A stretch of 64,000 bases of DNA. Source: Myxococcota bacterium. Lineage in GTDB: Bacteria; Myxococcota_A; UBA796; JAFGLY01. Positions 18,785-30,330 of the stretch are shown in pieces (the first letter of the stretch is position 1; every line of letters starts with the position of its first letter). The DNA is taken from the NCBI GenBank assembly GCA_024276675.1, contig JAJRWT010000097.1, positions 5,660 to 69,659 of the forward strand. Direction: 5' to 3'. Under the pieces are notes generated by a model that saw only the letters and a list, made by a program, of their open reading frames with translations, had not been told where the DNA came from and searched no databases. A program made the position numbers and the translations under genes.

Positions 18785-20494
18785 ATGCCCGAGGTTGGTT
18801 GTTGGTCTGCCACTGGCATGCATGGCAACAGCTCCGCTTCAACCAGGGGATCACAATTGACGGATTACCAAGGTTCCCATCCGGCAAGTGTTCCCGTCTC
18901 GGGGCCAACCCATTCCTCCACCTGGCACGCCTTTTCCACCTGGAAACCGAGCAGGCCGGCTCTGCTCCGCCTTGGTCTGCCGTGCAATCTCCTCCCACTC
19001 TTTCTAACGCTTCTTCTGCAGTTGTCGGGTTGTTCCACCACGGACAGCGGCAGCCTCCGCCAACCTGCCATCGTGGCCGTGGTGGGCATCGACGGCGGCG
19101 ACTGGGATGTACTCAATCCCCTCATCCAGGCGGGAAAACTCCCGGCGCTGGCCTGGATGAAAGAACACGGCGCCACGGCTCGTCTCCAGATCGAGAGCGC
19201 CCGATCCCCCGAAAGCTGGACTTCCATAGCAACCGGGCAACCCCCGGCGGTTCATGGCATTGTCCAGGATCACTTGAATCCACTGGGGAGTTTCTCGGCC
19301 AGGCCTGATCAGATCGAGGTGAAGCGCATCTGGGACATTGCGGGTGAGCGTGGCAAGCGATCATTGGTGGTGGACTACTGGATCACCTACCCGGCCTACC
19401 CCATGAACGGCGTGCTGGTGTCCCGCGAGTCCCGGGGGGCATGGCCCAGCGGCGCCGAGGACTACGCTGTGGAGCCGATCATGCCCCAGAGCCACTCCCA
19501 AGACCTGGAGCGTCTTGGCCTTCTGTCACGGCGAACGGGGATCATGAAGGCATACATGGGAAAGGGCGGCTTCGATCTCATGCTGCTACCGTTCTACTCG
19601 CTGGATCATGCCCTCCACCAGCTCTGGTCGGAGTTCCAGGTAGGCCTGCAACCGGAGCTGCTGTCCAGCCTGGATGGCCAGACCGCGGACAGAGTGCGGG
19701 CAGGGTACGATATCGTGGTTCAAACCGCCATGTTGGCCGATACGCTGCTGGGGCACGCCTACCATTCAGTGGGCGACGATGGCTACGTGTTGGTGGTGAG
19801 CGACCACGGATTCAACCGAGCCCGCCCGCCCATGCGCAGATTGGCCATCTCGCGCAAGCTCCTGGACGGAGCCATGGGAACGGCCGAGCACGGCATCATA
19901 CAGGTCCCCAACGCCCGAATCACCCTGACGGCCCACGAGGAACAACACCGGGGGCAGGTGGAAGAACTGGATTTTGTCCTGTCATATCCCGAGATACAGG
20001 TGGAAGGGAGCGGCGCCGCTGCTGTCACGGACAGGTTGCGCCAGGCCACCATGTCCGACGGCACCCCTGTTTTCGTACCTTCAGGCACCGGAACATTGCT
20101 CCCTTCCCCCACCGTGCTCGAGCAGGTGGCAACCAGCCTGGGGGGCAACGAATACGAACAGTACTCCATATTCGTCAACACGGGCGCCCACGCCACCGAA
20201 GACCTGGGGATATTCGGCATCTACGGACCCGGTGTGCAAGCTGGCGAACTGGAGGAACCTGCCAGGAGTGTAGATATCACCCCTACCTGCCTCTGGCTCA
20301 TGGGCCTGCCCGCGGCCGAAGACATGGCGGGCAGGCCAGTCACGCGAGCGTTCACTCCCCGGGCCCTGAAAGAGAACCCGGTGAAGTACCTGCCCACCTA
20401 CGAAGATGGCACCCGCCCCTGGGCCGTACCTTCCAGGTATACGCTTTCCGACTCCGAAAAGGAACGTCTGAAGGCCCTGGGTTACGTCAAGTAG
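18785..20494 (+). CDS. Alkaline-phosphatase-superfamily phosphodiesterase/nucleotide pyrophosphatase-like lipoprotein (true start probably further 3')
   Basis: VVGIDGGDW, WTSIATG..P..HGI, VSDHGF, DITPT.L, ERLKALGYV; lipobox-like LSGC near 19030. Confidence 0.8.
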   Translation: MPEVGCWSATGMHGNSSASTRGSQLTDYQGSHPASVPVSGPTHSSTWHAFSTWKPSRPALLRLGLPCNLLPLFLTLLLQLSGCSTTDSGSLRQPAIVAVVGIDGGDWDVLNPLIQAGKLPALAWMKEHGATARLQIESARSPESWTSIATGQPPAVHGIVQDHLNPLGSFSARPDQIEVKRIWDIAGERGKRSLVVDYWITYPAYPMNGVLVSRESRGAWPSGAEDYAVEPIMPQSHSQDLERLGLLSRRTGIMKAYMGKGGFDLMLLPFYSLDHALHQLWSEFQVGLQPELLSSLDGQTADRVRAGYDIVVQTAMLADTLLGHAYHSVGDDGYVLVVSDHGFNRARPPMRRLAISRKLLDGAMGTAEHGIIQVPNARITLTAHEEQHRGQVEELDFVLSYPEIQVEGSGAAAVTDRLRQATMSDGTPVFVPSGTGTLLPSPTVLEQVATSLGGNEYEQYSIFVNTGAHATEDLGIFGIYGPGVQAGELEEPARSVDITPTCLWLMGLPAAEDMAGRPVTRAFTPRALKENPVKYLPTYEDGTRPWAVPSRYTLSDSEKERLKALGYVK

Positions 20495-20512
20495 CGTGAC
20501 CGACACCCCAGA

Positions 20513-20968
20513 CTATTCTTGTGGTGCTCCCTCCTGCGGCCAATGGGAAAGCCGAGAGTCGATTGCGGTCAGACGTTGCTCGATCTTGTTGAGGCGCGAA
20601 TCGACGCCGTCCTCGAAGCTGCTCTGGTGATCTCGATCCAGGTCGATGTTCTGGATGATGTTGGAGGTACTCTGGCGGGTCAGCCAGATGTTGGCCAGGA
20701 GAAGAGCTACGACTGCCACCATGAGCGCCAGGCGCGCATAGCGGGCATTACGCTCTATCTGTTGGCGAAAATACACGAAATCCTCTCGCCGGAGAGGCTC
20801 GGGCGTGCTCACGACAGGGGCCTTGGACGGGTCCAACTCCTGTGATGGGTCGTAGGGCGGAGCAAAACTCATGCCCGCCTGGCCTTCATATTTTCGGTAG
20901 TTGCCGGAGAGGTTCTGTTCTTCGGAAGCAGGAGGCGGCTTCTGGCCCTTGTCGCTGTTTGAATCCAC
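20513..20968 (-). CDS. Hypothetical single-TM protein with C-terminal coiled coil
   Basis: TM LALMVAVVALLLANIWL; heptad-like RLNKIEQRLTAIDSRL. Confidence 0.55.
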   Translation of the reverse strand: MDSNSDKGQKPPPASEEQNLSGNYRKYEGQAGMSFAPPYDPSQELDPSKAPVVSTPEPLRREDFVYFRQQIERNARYARLALMVAVVALLLANIWLTRQSTSNIIQNIDLDRDHQSSFEDGVDSRLNKIEQRLTAIDSRLSHWPQEGAPQE

Positions 20969-21209
20969 TTGGTATTCCGCTGGGCAAAAGGTGAAACGGC
21001 GATGCCTTCCAAATACTGCCAGCCATTGGAGCGAAGGTCAATGGTCTCCCCGGCTTCCCACACCCAGTAGAAATACGCCATCGTAGGACGGAGCCATGAA
21101 AGCCCACTTTGAACTCACAGGAGAACTTGGGCTGCCGGCAACGGCGAGTCATGCTATTTGGCCCGTTGCCAATACTATCGGGCCAACAAGGCCAGAACCG
21201 AGGTGAACG

Positions 21210-22544
21210 ATGTCCCAGGTGAACATTGCACGGGGCATGCGCGACTTTCTCCCCGAGACCATGCGTCGCCGGCGCTGGGTCATTGGGCGTGTCCGTTCGG
21301 TCTTTGAACGTTACGGTTTCGCCCCCCTGGAAACCCCTGCGCTGGAGCGCCTGGAGACCCTCACAGGGAAATACGGCGAAGAAGGCGACCGCTTGCTCTT
21401 CCGGGTGCTGAAACGCGGCAGGGCGGCATCTTCTGGCCAGGCCGACATGGGCCTGCGCTACGACCTGACCGTCCCCCTGGCCCGGGTGGTCGCCATGAAC
21501 CGCTCCCTGCCCATGCCGTTTCGCCGTTACCAGGTCCAGCCGGTCTGGAGGGCCGATCGCCCGCAACGCGGCCGTTACCGTGAATTCATGCAGTGTGACG
21601 TAGACACCGTTGGCAGCACATCGCCACTTTCGGATGCAGAGTGTCTGGCCGTGGTCAACGACTCCCTGGGCGCCCTTGGCTTCGAGTCATTCACAATCAG
21701 GCTCAACCACCGCGAAGTACTCTCCGCCATGGTGGAGCGGGCCTTTGGGACCGCCTCGCTTTCCCAGGCGACGGAAGCCTCCATTCTCGTGACCCTGGAC
21801 AAGCTGGACAAGATCGGTAGGAGCGGAGTAGCACGCGAGCTTTCCGCTCGTGGAGCAACGGAGGGCTCCATCGCACGTCTGTGGCAGATGCTTGATCAGC
21901 TCGAAGCGCCATCCTCCACGGAGCACCGTCTTGAAGCCGCGGCCCTTGCGCTCCCGGAACGAGCATGGCCAGCCCTGGAAAACCTGGGCCACATCTTGTC
22001 GTTGACCTGTTCTCTGGGCGTATCCGAAGATCGGCTCAGCTTCGATCCCACCCTGGCCAGGGGGCTGGACTACTACACGGGAGCCGTGTTCGAAACCGTG
22101 ATCACCAAGCCCGCCATGGGCTCTCTCTCTGGAGGTGGGCGCTACGATCACCTTGTGGGCATGTTTCTCGGCAAGGACATCCCCGCCGTGGGAGTGAGCC
22201 TGGGCCTGGAGCGAATACTGGCTGTCATGGACGAACTGCACATGTTCCCCCCTGTTTCCAGCGAAGCGAGCGTGTTTGTGGCAGCCCTGGATGCCGGGCT
22301 CCTGGACTCCGCGTCGCGCCTGGCAGCCAAGCTCCGGGCCGCCGGAATACCCTGCGTGATGGCTCCCGAGGCCCTCCGCGCCAAGAAGCTGTTCAAACGA
22401 GCAAACCAGATGAATGTCCCCTTCGTGGCCTTCATCGGTCCCGACGAATCCACGCTGGGCAGGGCCAGTCTCAAGCGCCTGTCCGATGGGCGCCAGTGGA
22501 CCGCCACGGCCCAGGAGCTGCTGTCCATAATCCTCCAGACATGA
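21210..22544 (+). CDS. hisS: Histidine--tRNA ligase
   Basis: RGMRDFLP, LRYDLTVP, RADRPQRGRYREFMQCD, RGLDYYTG, GGGRYD, GLER. Confidence 0.97.
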   Translation: MSQVNIARGMRDFLPETMRRRRWVIGRVRSVFERYGFAPLETPALERLETLTGKYGEEGDRLLFRVLKRGRAASSGQADMGLRYDLTVPLARVVAMNRSLPMPFRRYQVQPVWRADRPQRGRYREFMQCDVDTVGSTSPLSDAECLAVVNDSLGALGFESFTIRLNHREVLSAMVERAFGTASLSQATEASILVTLDKLDKIGRSGVARELSARGATEGSIARLWQMLDQLEAPSSTEHRLEAAALALPERAWPALENLGHILSLTCSLGVSEDRLSFDPTLARGLDYYTGAVFETVITKPAMGSLSGGGRYDHLVGMFLGKDIPAVGVSLGLERILAVMDELHMFPPVSSEASVFVAALDAGLLDSASRLAAKLRAAGIPCVMAPEALRAKKLFKRANQMNVPFVAFIGPDESTLGRASLKRLSDGRQWTATAQELLSIILQT

Positions 22545-22731
22545 GCCCTCCCGGTGCTCCAACCGTAAGGGCACCGGCTTTCATCGGCAGAACCCCAAAA
22601 AATAGATAAGTAGAAAGAGTTGGACGGGCAACCCGCCGAAATCTCTCCTGGGAGCCTCTCCAGACTCGGTAGGCCCTGCCCTGCCACAAAACCGGCTCCG
22701 ATTTCCTTCCAACCAACACGAGGTACTGAAC

Positions 22732-24363
22732 ATGCCTTCCTTCTACACGCGGGAACCCGGGCTGGAAGGTTACATCGTCACAGGCAGCGGATCCGCTCCG
22801 GGAATCGATATGGCTTCCCTTCTTCGCAATGGTCGCCCCCCGCTGCGCGCTGCCCTGGAGATGGGCGCCGCCCTGGCCGATATCGTCTCTATCGCCCAGG
22901 AGGATTCCCTGGTCCACGGCGACATCAAACCGGGACTGATCAAGCTGGAATCGACGGGAGCCATGAGCCTTGAAGGCTATGGCCTCAACCGCAGGACGTG
23001 CAGGGCTCCCGAGCGTAGCCCCACCGGCATCGCGACAGACGTCTATGGCATGGGAATCACGCTCCACGCCATGCTCTCCGACTCCCCAATTGGAGCGCTG
23101 CCCCGAGACGCCGATTCCCACGACCAGGCCGTCGTGGACCGGGTGCTGCTAATGGATTTCGGCGCCATCGCCAAGCGTAGGTGGGTGGCTGATATCCGCA
23201 AATTCCTGGCCTACTGCCTCGCCTTTGAACCCTCCCAACGTCCAAGCCCCCTGGACGTGGCAAACATTCTCGCCCACGTGGCGGAGCAGTGCCCTGGCAT
23301 GAACCTGTCCGCATGGGCAAAAGCCCGCATCTCACCGGCATTGGCCAGCCCAGCAGAGCGCCGTCCTCCCCCGAAAGAAGAAAACCTGAGCGCACCCACC
23401 AGCGCGGACGGCCCCCTCGAGACGGGAATGTACCCGGCATCAAACCGGCAAGCCCCGGCGGCAAAAGGGGAATGCACAGCATTCTGGACTCGTGAGAAGA
23501 TCCACGAAATGCTAAAGGACGACGAACCCGTCGAAGATCACCCTTCTTCACCGCCTCCGGTTCCCAAAACCGTCCAAAGGAGCGCCACTCCACCATCCCC
23601 TCCTCCGCCTCCCTCGCCACCCGTAAAGAACAGGCCCGTCATCAAAGGGCCCGTGGCTCCCGGTCAACCAGATTCCACGGCTGGATCTGGCAAGGCGCCC
23701 GGGAAGACCAGCAATTCTTTTTTCCTGCTCGTGCTCCTGGGCATGCTCTTCCTGGCGCTGGCCTTCCTGGCGGTGGTCGGTATTGCCGCCTATTTTTTCC
23801 TGGTCAAACCACGCTTGCAGACCATCTCTCAACAAGGAGAGGAACCTTCGGCAGTCATGGAACAAGGTATCTTCGACACCTCGGCAGCTCTGATTGGCAG
23901 GAGTCATCCCAGCGGGCTCGCCGCCGGTTCGCACGCTACCACGGCAGGGCACGGGGATCCCGCACCATTTCCTTCGGCTGCCGAAACAACCGCCCCCGGC
24001 TCCAACGGCACCAACGGATCCGGGCTCGCAACGCCAAGAACGCGAAGTCCAGCAAGCTCCCCATCGCCGCGTTCCCAGGCCGGCAACGAGCCACGAATTC
24101 CCACCCAGGTATCGACGCGCTCCATGGTGGGGCAGACAGGAATGTTCCAGGTCACGTTCCTGGCCCAACGAGAAAACGCCACGGTCTCGTGCGGCGATGG
24201 ACAGACGCGCACATTCGTAGGCTCCACCAGCCTGACATTCGACGACCTGGTGACCTGCAAGGTACAGATGGGGGACCTGGGAACCGCCCTGCAACTGGAT
24301 TCCACCACCACCGTTCAATGCCAGGGCGCCACCGACGCCCTGGTCTGCACCAGGTCGCCATGA
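22732..24363 (+). CDS. Degenerate Ser/Thr kinase-like membrane protein with Cys-rich C-terminal domain
   Basis: HGDIKP, APE, TDVYGMG, P.QRPS kinase C-lobe motifs; Pro-rich linker; TM helix; N-lobe motifs not seen. Confidence 0.7.
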   Translation: MPSFYTREPGLEGYIVTGSGSAPGIDMASLLRNGRPPLRAALEMGAALADIVSIAQEDSLVHGDIKPGLIKLESTGAMSLEGYGLNRRTCRAPERSPTGIATDVYGMGITLHAMLSDSPIGALPRDADSHDQAVVDRVLLMDFGAIAKRRWVADIRKFLAYCLAFEPSQRPSPLDVANILAHVAEQCPGMNLSAWAKARISPALASPAERRPPPKEENLSAPTSADGPLETGMYPASNRQAPAAKGECTAFWTREKIHEMLKDDEPVEDHPSSPPPVPKTVQRSATPPSPPPPPSPPVKNRPVIKGPVAPGQPDSTAGSGKAPGKTSNSFFLLVLLGMLFLALAFLAVVGIAAYFFLVKPRLQTISQQGEEPSAVMEQGIFDTSAALIGRSHPSGLAAGSHATTAGHGDPAPFPSAAETTAPGSNGTNGSGLATPRTRSPASSPSPRSQAGNEPRIPTQVSTRSMVGQTGMFQVTFLAQRENATVSCGDGQTRTFVGSTSLTFDDLVTCKVQMGDLGTALQLDSTTTVQCQGATDALVCTRSP

Positions 24364-24800
24364 GAGCCGTGATACAACGAGTGGCCTACGCCAGGGTGTC
24401 GGTGCGTGACGAAGTGCTTGGCGCCATAAAACGAGGTCTGCTGGTGTTGTTGGCAGTAGCCCCCCACGACGGTGAAGCCGAAGCGCGCTGGTTGGCCCGC
24501 AAGGTCTGCAACCTACGTATCTTCCCCGACGAAGACGGCAAGATGAACCTCTCTCTGCTGGATGTCGCCGGCCAGGTCCTGGTGGTCAGCCAGTTCACTC
24601 TCTACGGAAACACCCGAAAAGGCAACCGTCCCAGCTTCGTCGCTTCTGCTCCCCCCCATGTAGCCGAGCCGCTGTACGAACGCTTCTGCACGAATCTGCA
24701 AACCGCCGGGGTTAAGGTCCAGAAGGGCCGTTTTGGCGCAACAATGCACGTTGAGCTGCTGAATGATGGTCCTGTAACCCTGATAATGGACACACCATGA
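24360..24800 (+). CDS. dtd: D-aminoacyl-tRNA deacylase
   Basis: [26 protein letters not shown]. Confidence 0.97.
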   Translation: MRAVIQRVAYARVSVRDEVLGAIKRGLLVLLAVAPHDGEAEARWLARKVCNLRIFPDEDGKMNLSLLDVAGQVLVVSQFTLYGNTRKGNRPSFVASAPPHVAEPLYERFCTNLQTAGVKVQKGRFGATMHVELLNDGPVTLIMDTP

Positions 24801-25633
24801 TCCGAATCGCCCAGGAGGCCGCCAGGAGAGCCGCCGCCATCATCCATTCCGCCACGCGCCAGAGCAGGGAACGAGTTATGTTCAAGGGCGCCATCGACCT
24901 GGTGACCGAGGTGGATCTGGCCAGCGAAGCCGCCATCCGCGAACACCTGGCACGAGAGACGCCCGAAATACCCGTTCTGGCCGAAGAACACGGGGGAACA
25001 GAAGCCCTGCCAACGTGCTGGATCGTGGATCCTCTCGATGGAACAACCAACTTCGTCCACGGATACCCATTCTACGCGGTGAGCATCGCCCTCAAGATGG
25101 ACAGCCGGCTTGAGTTGGGCTGTATACTGGACCTGGTGCGCGGCGACGAGTACACTGCAACCAGGGGCCATGGAGCCTTCCACGACGGCGATCCCATCCA
25201 CGTATCCAGGACAGGCACCCTGGACAGAGCCTTGCTGCTCACGGGTTTCCCCTATGATCGGCGGGAACGCTCCGACTTCTACCTGGCTTTCTTCAAAGCA
25301 TTCCTGGAGTGCAGCCAGGGGATTCGCAGGGGCGGAGCAGCAGCCCTGGACATGGTGCGCATCGCCCGTGGCGAAGCCGACGCCTTCTGGGAATTCGGCC
25401 TGAAGGCCTGGGACGTTGCAGCGGGAACTCTGCTGATCCAGGAAGCGGGCGGAACCGTTACGGGAATGGATGGTGAGCCGCTGGACATACATGCACAGCG
25501 CTTCGTGGCATCCAACTCTGTGCTACATGGTGCTATTCTGAAAGTGATCCAGGAAGTATTCACCCACATCGGCCAGGAGCGGGCCAGGTCGGCCAAATCA
25601 GAAAAACCTCCACAGCCGATACAGGGAGTTTGA
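24797..25633 (+). CDS. suhB: Inositol monophosphatase family (SuhB)
   Basis: [25 protein letters not shown]. Confidence 0.92.
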   Translation: MIRIAQEAARRAAAIIHSATRQSRERVMFKGAIDLVTEVDLASEAAIREHLARETPEIPVLAEEHGGTEALPTCWIVDPLDGTTNFVHGYPFYAVSIALKMDSRLELGCILDLVRGDEYTATRGHGAFHDGDPIHVSRTGTLDRALLLTGFPYDRRERSDFYLAFFKAFLECSQGIRRGGAAALDMVRIARGEADAFWEFGLKAWDVAAGTLLIQEAGGTVTGMDGEPLDIHAQRFVASNSVLHGAILKVIQEVFTHIGQERARSAKSEKPPQPIQGV

Positions 25634-25634
25634 G

Positions 25635-27155
25635 ATGGAACAGGCCATAGGCATCGACCTGGGCACATCCAACTCGGCAGCATGCCTGCTTCTGGATGGA
25701 GTTCCACGGATGCTTGCCGACCATGAAGGCCAGGTCATCCAGCCTTCGGTCATCGCATTCGGCTACGACGGCGTACCGGTGGTGGGAGCACGTGCGGTTC
25801 GGCAGCTCATATATGCCCCGGAAAGCACCGTCACCTCGGCCAAGCGCCTCATCGGCAGGCGCTATAGCTCGCCGGAAGTCCAGCGCATCAAGCAAAACGT
25901 CGGTTACTCGGTGGTAGAATCATCGAGCGGCGAGCCGCGGATCGTGATCCGGGGGCGTGAGTACAGCGTCCCCCAGATCAGCGGTATCGTGCTTCGACAC
26001 ATGAGGGACATAGCCGAAGAAGCAACGGGCCAGACAGTGGAGCAGGCGGTGATCACCGTGCCGGCCTACTTCAACGACGCCCAACGTCAAGCTACCCGAG
26101 ACGCCGCATCGGAAGCTGGTATTTCCTGCCTCAGGATCATCAACGAACCCACCGCCGCGGCCCTGGCCTACGGCAGCGGTCTGGGCCTTCACGCCAACCT
26201 TGCAGTCTACGACCTGGGAGGCGGCACCTTCGATATCTCGATCCTTCGACTGGACGATGACGTGTACGAAGTGATGGGAACAGCCGGCGACACCTTCCTG
26301 GGGGGGGATGACTTCGACGCCATCATCGCTCATCACTTCATGGATGAATTCAAGAGGAATCCCCAGTTGGTCATCAGGGACAACCGCGTCACCCGCATGA
26401 GACTGATGGAAGCCGCCGAGAAAGTCAAAATCCAGCTCTCGGAACAGACAGAGGCTCAGACCACGGTTCATGGCATCGCCCACGGCATAGACGGGAACGA
26501 GACCCCGCTACTGGCTCGGATCGACCGCTTCACCTATGCCCGGGTGGTGATGCCGTTGCTTCAACGCACCTTCCAGGTCTGTGACGAGGCCCTCAACCTG
26601 GCGCAAAAGAACGTAGCCCAGATCGATCACGTGTTGTTGGTGGGCGGCATGTCTCAACTTCCCCTGATACGCGAAGCCGTGGCCCACTACTTCGGAAGGG
26701 AACCCAACGCCGAAATCAACCCCCACGAAGTCGTGGCCATCGGGGCCGCCATCCAGGCAAGCAACCTCTCCGGTTCCATCGCCACTCCCGCCGGTCCTCT
26801 ACTCCTGGATGTGACGCCCAGGTCGCTGGGCATCGCCACCCGTGGAGGCCTGGTGGAGACCATCATTCCCCGGAACAATCCCATACCCACCTCGGCCACC
26901 AAGTACTTCCACACCACCCACGACAACCAGACCCAGGTCAGAATCGCGGTCTACCAGGGGGAATCAAAAAAAGTCCGCAACAACGAACATCTCGGCGAGT
27001 TCATACTGGACGGCCTGCGCCCGGCTCCATGGGGCCAGGTGCGGATCAAGGTTACGTTCGAAATCGATGCCGATGGTATAGTACATGTGATCGCCCAGGA
27101 CACCGAACAGAGTTCTCAGGCGGATCTGCGTATCGAGCTGAAGCGCAACAAATGA
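25635..27155 (+). CDS. Hsp70/DnaK paralog lacking the C-terminal helical lid
   Basis: [42 protein letters not shown]; ends shortly after FEIDADG (506 aa). Confidence 0.92.
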   Translation: MEQAIGIDLGTSNSAACLLLDGVPRMLADHEGQVIQPSVIAFGYDGVPVVGARAVRQLIYAPESTVTSAKRLIGRRYSSPEVQRIKQNVGYSVVESSSGEPRIVIRGREYSVPQISGIVLRHMRDIAEEATGQTVEQAVITVPAYFNDAQRQATRDAASEAGISCLRIINEPTAAALAYGSGLGLHANLAVYDLGGGTFDISILRLDDDVYEVMGTAGDTFLGGDDFDAIIAHHFMDEFKRNPQLVIRDNRVTRMRLMEAAEKVKIQLSEQTEAQTTVHGIAHGIDGNETPLLARIDRFTYARVVMPLLQRTFQVCDEALNLAQKNVAQIDHVLLVGGMSQLPLIREAVAHYFGREPNAEINPHEVVAIGAAIQASNLSGSIATPAGPLLLDVTPRSLGIATRGGLVETIIPRNNPIPTSATKYFHTTHDNQTQVRIAVYQGESKKVRNNEHLGEFILDGLRPAPWGQVRIKVTFEIDADGIVHVIAQDTEQSSQADLRIELKRNK

Positions 27156-27221
27156 CATCTCTACCATCCGGGTTGGAACAACACCTGCTTTTCCAAGCGC
27201 TGGACCCGCAGAGGACAGACC

Positions 27222-27794
27222 ATGGACCAATTTCTAAAGACCCGTGTCGAAATAGAAACTCTCCACGAGCTACTGCCAGAGCTGGACTACTATGGCATTT
27301 TGCTCATAGAGCACGACACCCCTCAGAACGAGATCGACGCGGCTTTTCGCAAACAAAGCCGCATGCTGCACCCCGACCGCTTTGCCCGCATCGGCGATCA
27401 CCGCTTGAAGAGCCAGGTCAACGCCATCTATCGTTTTTTGAACGAGGCCTTCCGGACTCTTCGCGATCCCGAGACCAGGGCCCTCTACGACACCGAGCGC
27501 TCCACTGGCGCCACCAGGTTGACCGACAAAGGCCGGCGGCAGGCGGCCACAGACGCGGCCAACAGCGCCAACCCCGAGCACGCCGCAAAGACCCCAAAAG
27601 GCGAAAAATACTGGAAGATGGCTTTGAAGTGCTGGGAAGACAAGGACTTCAAGGGTTGCGCCCTGCAGATCCAGTTCGCGTTGACCTTCGAGCCCGACAA
27701 CCAGACCTTCAAGGAATGGCAGAAAAAGGCCCAGAAGGCCGACGCCGAATCGGATCAGTCCAAGCTGCACCCCTACAAGCTGCGCATCATGTAG
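27222..27794 (+). CDS. J-domain co-chaperone with TPR-like C-terminus
   Basis: DYYGIL...AFRKQSRMLHPDRF...EAFRTLRDPETRALYD. Confidence 0.88.
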   Translation: MDQFLKTRVEIETLHELLPELDYYGILLIEHDTPQNEIDAAFRKQSRMLHPDRFARIGDHRLKSQVNAIYRFLNEAFRTLRDPETRALYDTERSTGATRLTDKGRRQAATDAANSANPEHAAKTPKGEKYWKMALKCWEDKDFKGCALQIQFALTFEPDNQTFKEWQKKAQKADAESDQSKLHPYKLRIM

Positions 27795-27869
27795 CTTCGT
27801 TTTTTCCGCCCACATGTCAGCGATGCCCGCTGCTTCCATAAAAAACCGGTACACAGGAGGGGAAAAAAC

Positions 27870-28526
27870 ATGAACGAACAACAAAGGGCAGAGGCCCTGG
27901 TGGGGCGTATGCGTTGGTTCGGCCACGACGGCTTCCGCATCGAGGGTCACCCCACCATCTACCTGGACCCGTGGAAACTGGAAGGGGATCATCCTCCGGC
28001 CGACTTGCTGCTCATCACCCACGACCATTTCGACCACTGCTCCCTGGAAGACATTGCCAGGGTCAAGGGGCCCGACACCGTCGTCATGGGACCGGCCGCT
28101 GTCGCGGAGCAGGTTCCGGGCGCAAGAACCGTGGAACGGGAACACAGCCTGAAGGTGGCGGGAGTGGGGATCCATGTGGTGCCCGCCTACAACATCGACA
28201 AGTTCAAGGCTCCGGGCGAGCCCTTCCACCCAGAAGGAGCCGGTCACGTGGGTTACGTGCTCACCATCGACGGAGTACGTGTCTACTTCGCTGGCGACAC
28301 TGACCTGATCCCCGAAATGTCCACAATCTCATGCGACGTGGCGATGCTCCCCGTGAGCGGAACCTACGTGATGACCGTGGAAGAAGCCGTTCAAGCGGCG
28401 GAGCAGCTCAAGCCTCGCGTGGTGGTGCCCATGCACTACGGACTCGACATAGGCAGCCCCGACGATGGCAAGCGCTTCGCCGGGCTGTACTCTGGCCGTT
28501 CAATCGTCCTGGAACGTCAGACCTGA
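27870..28526 (+). CDS. MBL-fold metallo-hydrolase
   Basis: THDHFDH, AGDT, PMHYG. Confidence 0.9.
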   Translation: MNEQQRAEALVGRMRWFGHDGFRIEGHPTIYLDPWKLEGDHPPADLLLITHDHFDHCSLEDIARVKGPDTVVMGPAAVAEQVPGARTVEREHSLKVAGVGIHVVPAYNIDKFKAPGEPFHPEGAGHVGYVLTIDGVRVYFAGDTDLIPEMSTISCDVAMLPVSGTYVMTVEEAVQAAEQLKPRVVVPMHYGLDIGSPDDGKRFAGLYSGRSIVLERQT

Positions 28527-28551
28527 TTCCCAATAGCAGCCGCCAGAGCCC

Positions 28552-29562
28552 CTACCAGGTTCCGGCGGCTGCCGCGGCCTGTTCCCCGGCGGGCAGGCTG
28601 CGATACCACTTCACGGTTTTTTCCACGGCCTGTTCCAGGGGCACCCTGGGGCTGTACCCGATGAGGCGGCAAGCCTTGTTGGACACGAAATGGCAGTGGT
28701 TGGCCACCAGTAGCACCCTGTACCTGGTGAGCATGGGAGCACGATCCACGCGCAGCGCCTTGTAGAGCATCTCCCAGGACGCGGCGGCGGTGTAGGCCAG
28801 GGAAAAGGGAACGGAAAACCGTGGAGGCTCGATATCCAGCTCGGCGGCAAAGAGGGTCAGGAGCTGCCGCCATGTCACGGCCTGATCGTCGGAGATGACG
28901 AAGACCTCCCGTGCGGCCCGGGGATGCTCCAGGGCCAGCCTGATGCCCAGGACCAGGTTCTGGACGTAGGCGGTGGACAACAGGCTGTGCCCACCGTTGA
29001 CGAAACCGGCCCTGCCGGTTTCCATGGCCCGGGCCAGAGGCAGAAAGCTGCCCAGATCCCGGGGACCGAAGGGAAAGACACCGGGCCGGATTATCACCCA
29101 CTCCATGTCGCCGGCCCTACGACGAAGCAGATCCTCGGCAGCTATCTTGGAGCGGCAATACGCGTTGATCCTGCCGTCTCGGGCTTCGGTCTCGTTGCCG
29201 TTCTTGAAACCCCGGTAGTGATGGACCGCCACGGAGCTGAGCAGAAGAAAACGCCTGATTCGGGAACGGAGAGCTTCTTCCAGCATGGTCCTGGTACCTC
29301 CGACGTTGACCTGGAAGTAGCTGGATGACGGCCCCCAGTCCCCCACCTTTGCCGCCAGGTGGCAGACAGCCTCGCAGCCGGCCAGAGCACGGGCGCAGTC
29401 TTCTCTCGCGGTGACGTCGCCCAGCAGGTGTTCAACGCCTTCGGGCCCCGGAGTCATGGGGGGAGCCAGGTCCATGGCCCGAACCTGGTGCCCGTGGGCC
29501 TGAAGTTCCTCCACCAAGTGGGATCCCATGAAACCCGATGCCCCTGTCACCAGTACCTTCAT
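28552..29562 (-). CDS. NAD-dependent epimerase/3-beta-hydroxysteroid-dehydrogenase-like SDR
   Basis: TGASGFMG, YCRSK. Confidence 0.88.
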   Translation of the reverse strand: MKVLVTGASGFMGSHLVEELQAHGHQVRAMDLAPPMTPGPEGVEHLLGDVTAREDCARALAGCEAVCHLAAKVGDWGPSSSYFQVNVGGTRTMLEEALRSRIRRFLLLSSVAVHHYRGFKNGNETEARDGRINAYCRSKIAAEDLLRRRAGDMEWVIIRPGVFPFGPRDLGSFLPLARAMETGRAGFVNGGHSLLSTAYVQNLVLGIRLALEHPRAAREVFVISDDQAVTWRQLLTLFAAELDIEPPRFSVPFSLAYTAAASWEMLYKALRVDRAPMLTRYRVLLVANHCHFVSNKACRLIGYSPRVPLEQAVEKTVKWYRSLPAGEQAAAAAGTW

Positions 29563-29579
29563 GGATGGTTCTCCGGAGT

Positions 29580-30290
29580 TCAGGGTGAACGCAAGATGCA
29601 AAACAGGTCGGTGGCCATGCCCAGGTACCAGTGTAGCAGTATTACGTAGACAATAGAGCGCGTTCGTAGCACCAACAACCCGAAGATCACGCCCCCTGCG
29701 ATGGCAGAGAAGATTTCAGGCTCGGGCTTGCCCATGTGGATGATGGTGCTGGTCGCGGTTTGAAGGGCCATGGCACCCATGGCTCCCAGGACCCTTCTGA
29801 GCCCGAGTTGCCAGAAGCCCCTGAAAAAGAACTCCCATGCCACGTAGTAGACAAGGTAGCACAGCTCCCACACGACGAAGAGCATGACCGAGTCCCCAGC
29901 CATCCTGGCAAGAGGATACTCTGCCTGGAAGGCGGGGGAACCAGCATTCACGTACAAAGGGAGAGGCAGGAGAACGAACCCCAGCGCCACGGCTTTCAGG
30001 CCGAAGCGCCAATCCCCGATTGCCAACCCGCAATCCGAGAGGCGCCCACCCTTTCCCAGGACGAACCAGAGCGCGGGGATCACAGCCATGAGCAGAAATG
30101 CGCTGCCGAACTGGTAGCATTGTGCATACCACCGGGAAGTGGGCGAGTCACCAAGAGCGGGCGCCAGGTGGCTGGAGAAGAAACTGTGATGCCCCTGGTA
30201 GACGTAGAGCACCAGTAGGGCCGTTCCGCCCAGGATGCTCAGGTGATCCCGCCAGTCCAGTTGGCCAAGGGGTTCCAGGAGTCGCTTCAT
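29580..30290 (-). CDS. CPBP/CAAX (Abi) intramembrane metalloprotease
   Basis: WEFFFRG, HMGKP..E, LHW; polytopic. Confidence 0.85.
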   Translation of the reverse strand: MKRLLEPLGQLDWRDHLSILGGTALLVLYVYQGHHSFFSSHLAPALGDSPTSRWYAQCYQFGSAFLLMAVIPALWFVLGKGGRLSDCGLAIGDWRFGLKAVALGFVLLPLPLYVNAGSPAFQAEYPLARMAGDSVMLFVVWELCYLVYYVAWEFFFRGFWQLGLRRVLGAMGAMALQTATSTIIHMGKPEPEIFSAIAGGVIFGLLVLRTRSIVYVILLHWYLGMATDLFCILRSP

Positions 30291-30330
30291 ACCGGTCTAT
30301 ACCAACCTGGAACGATCCTGGCGAGCCCCG

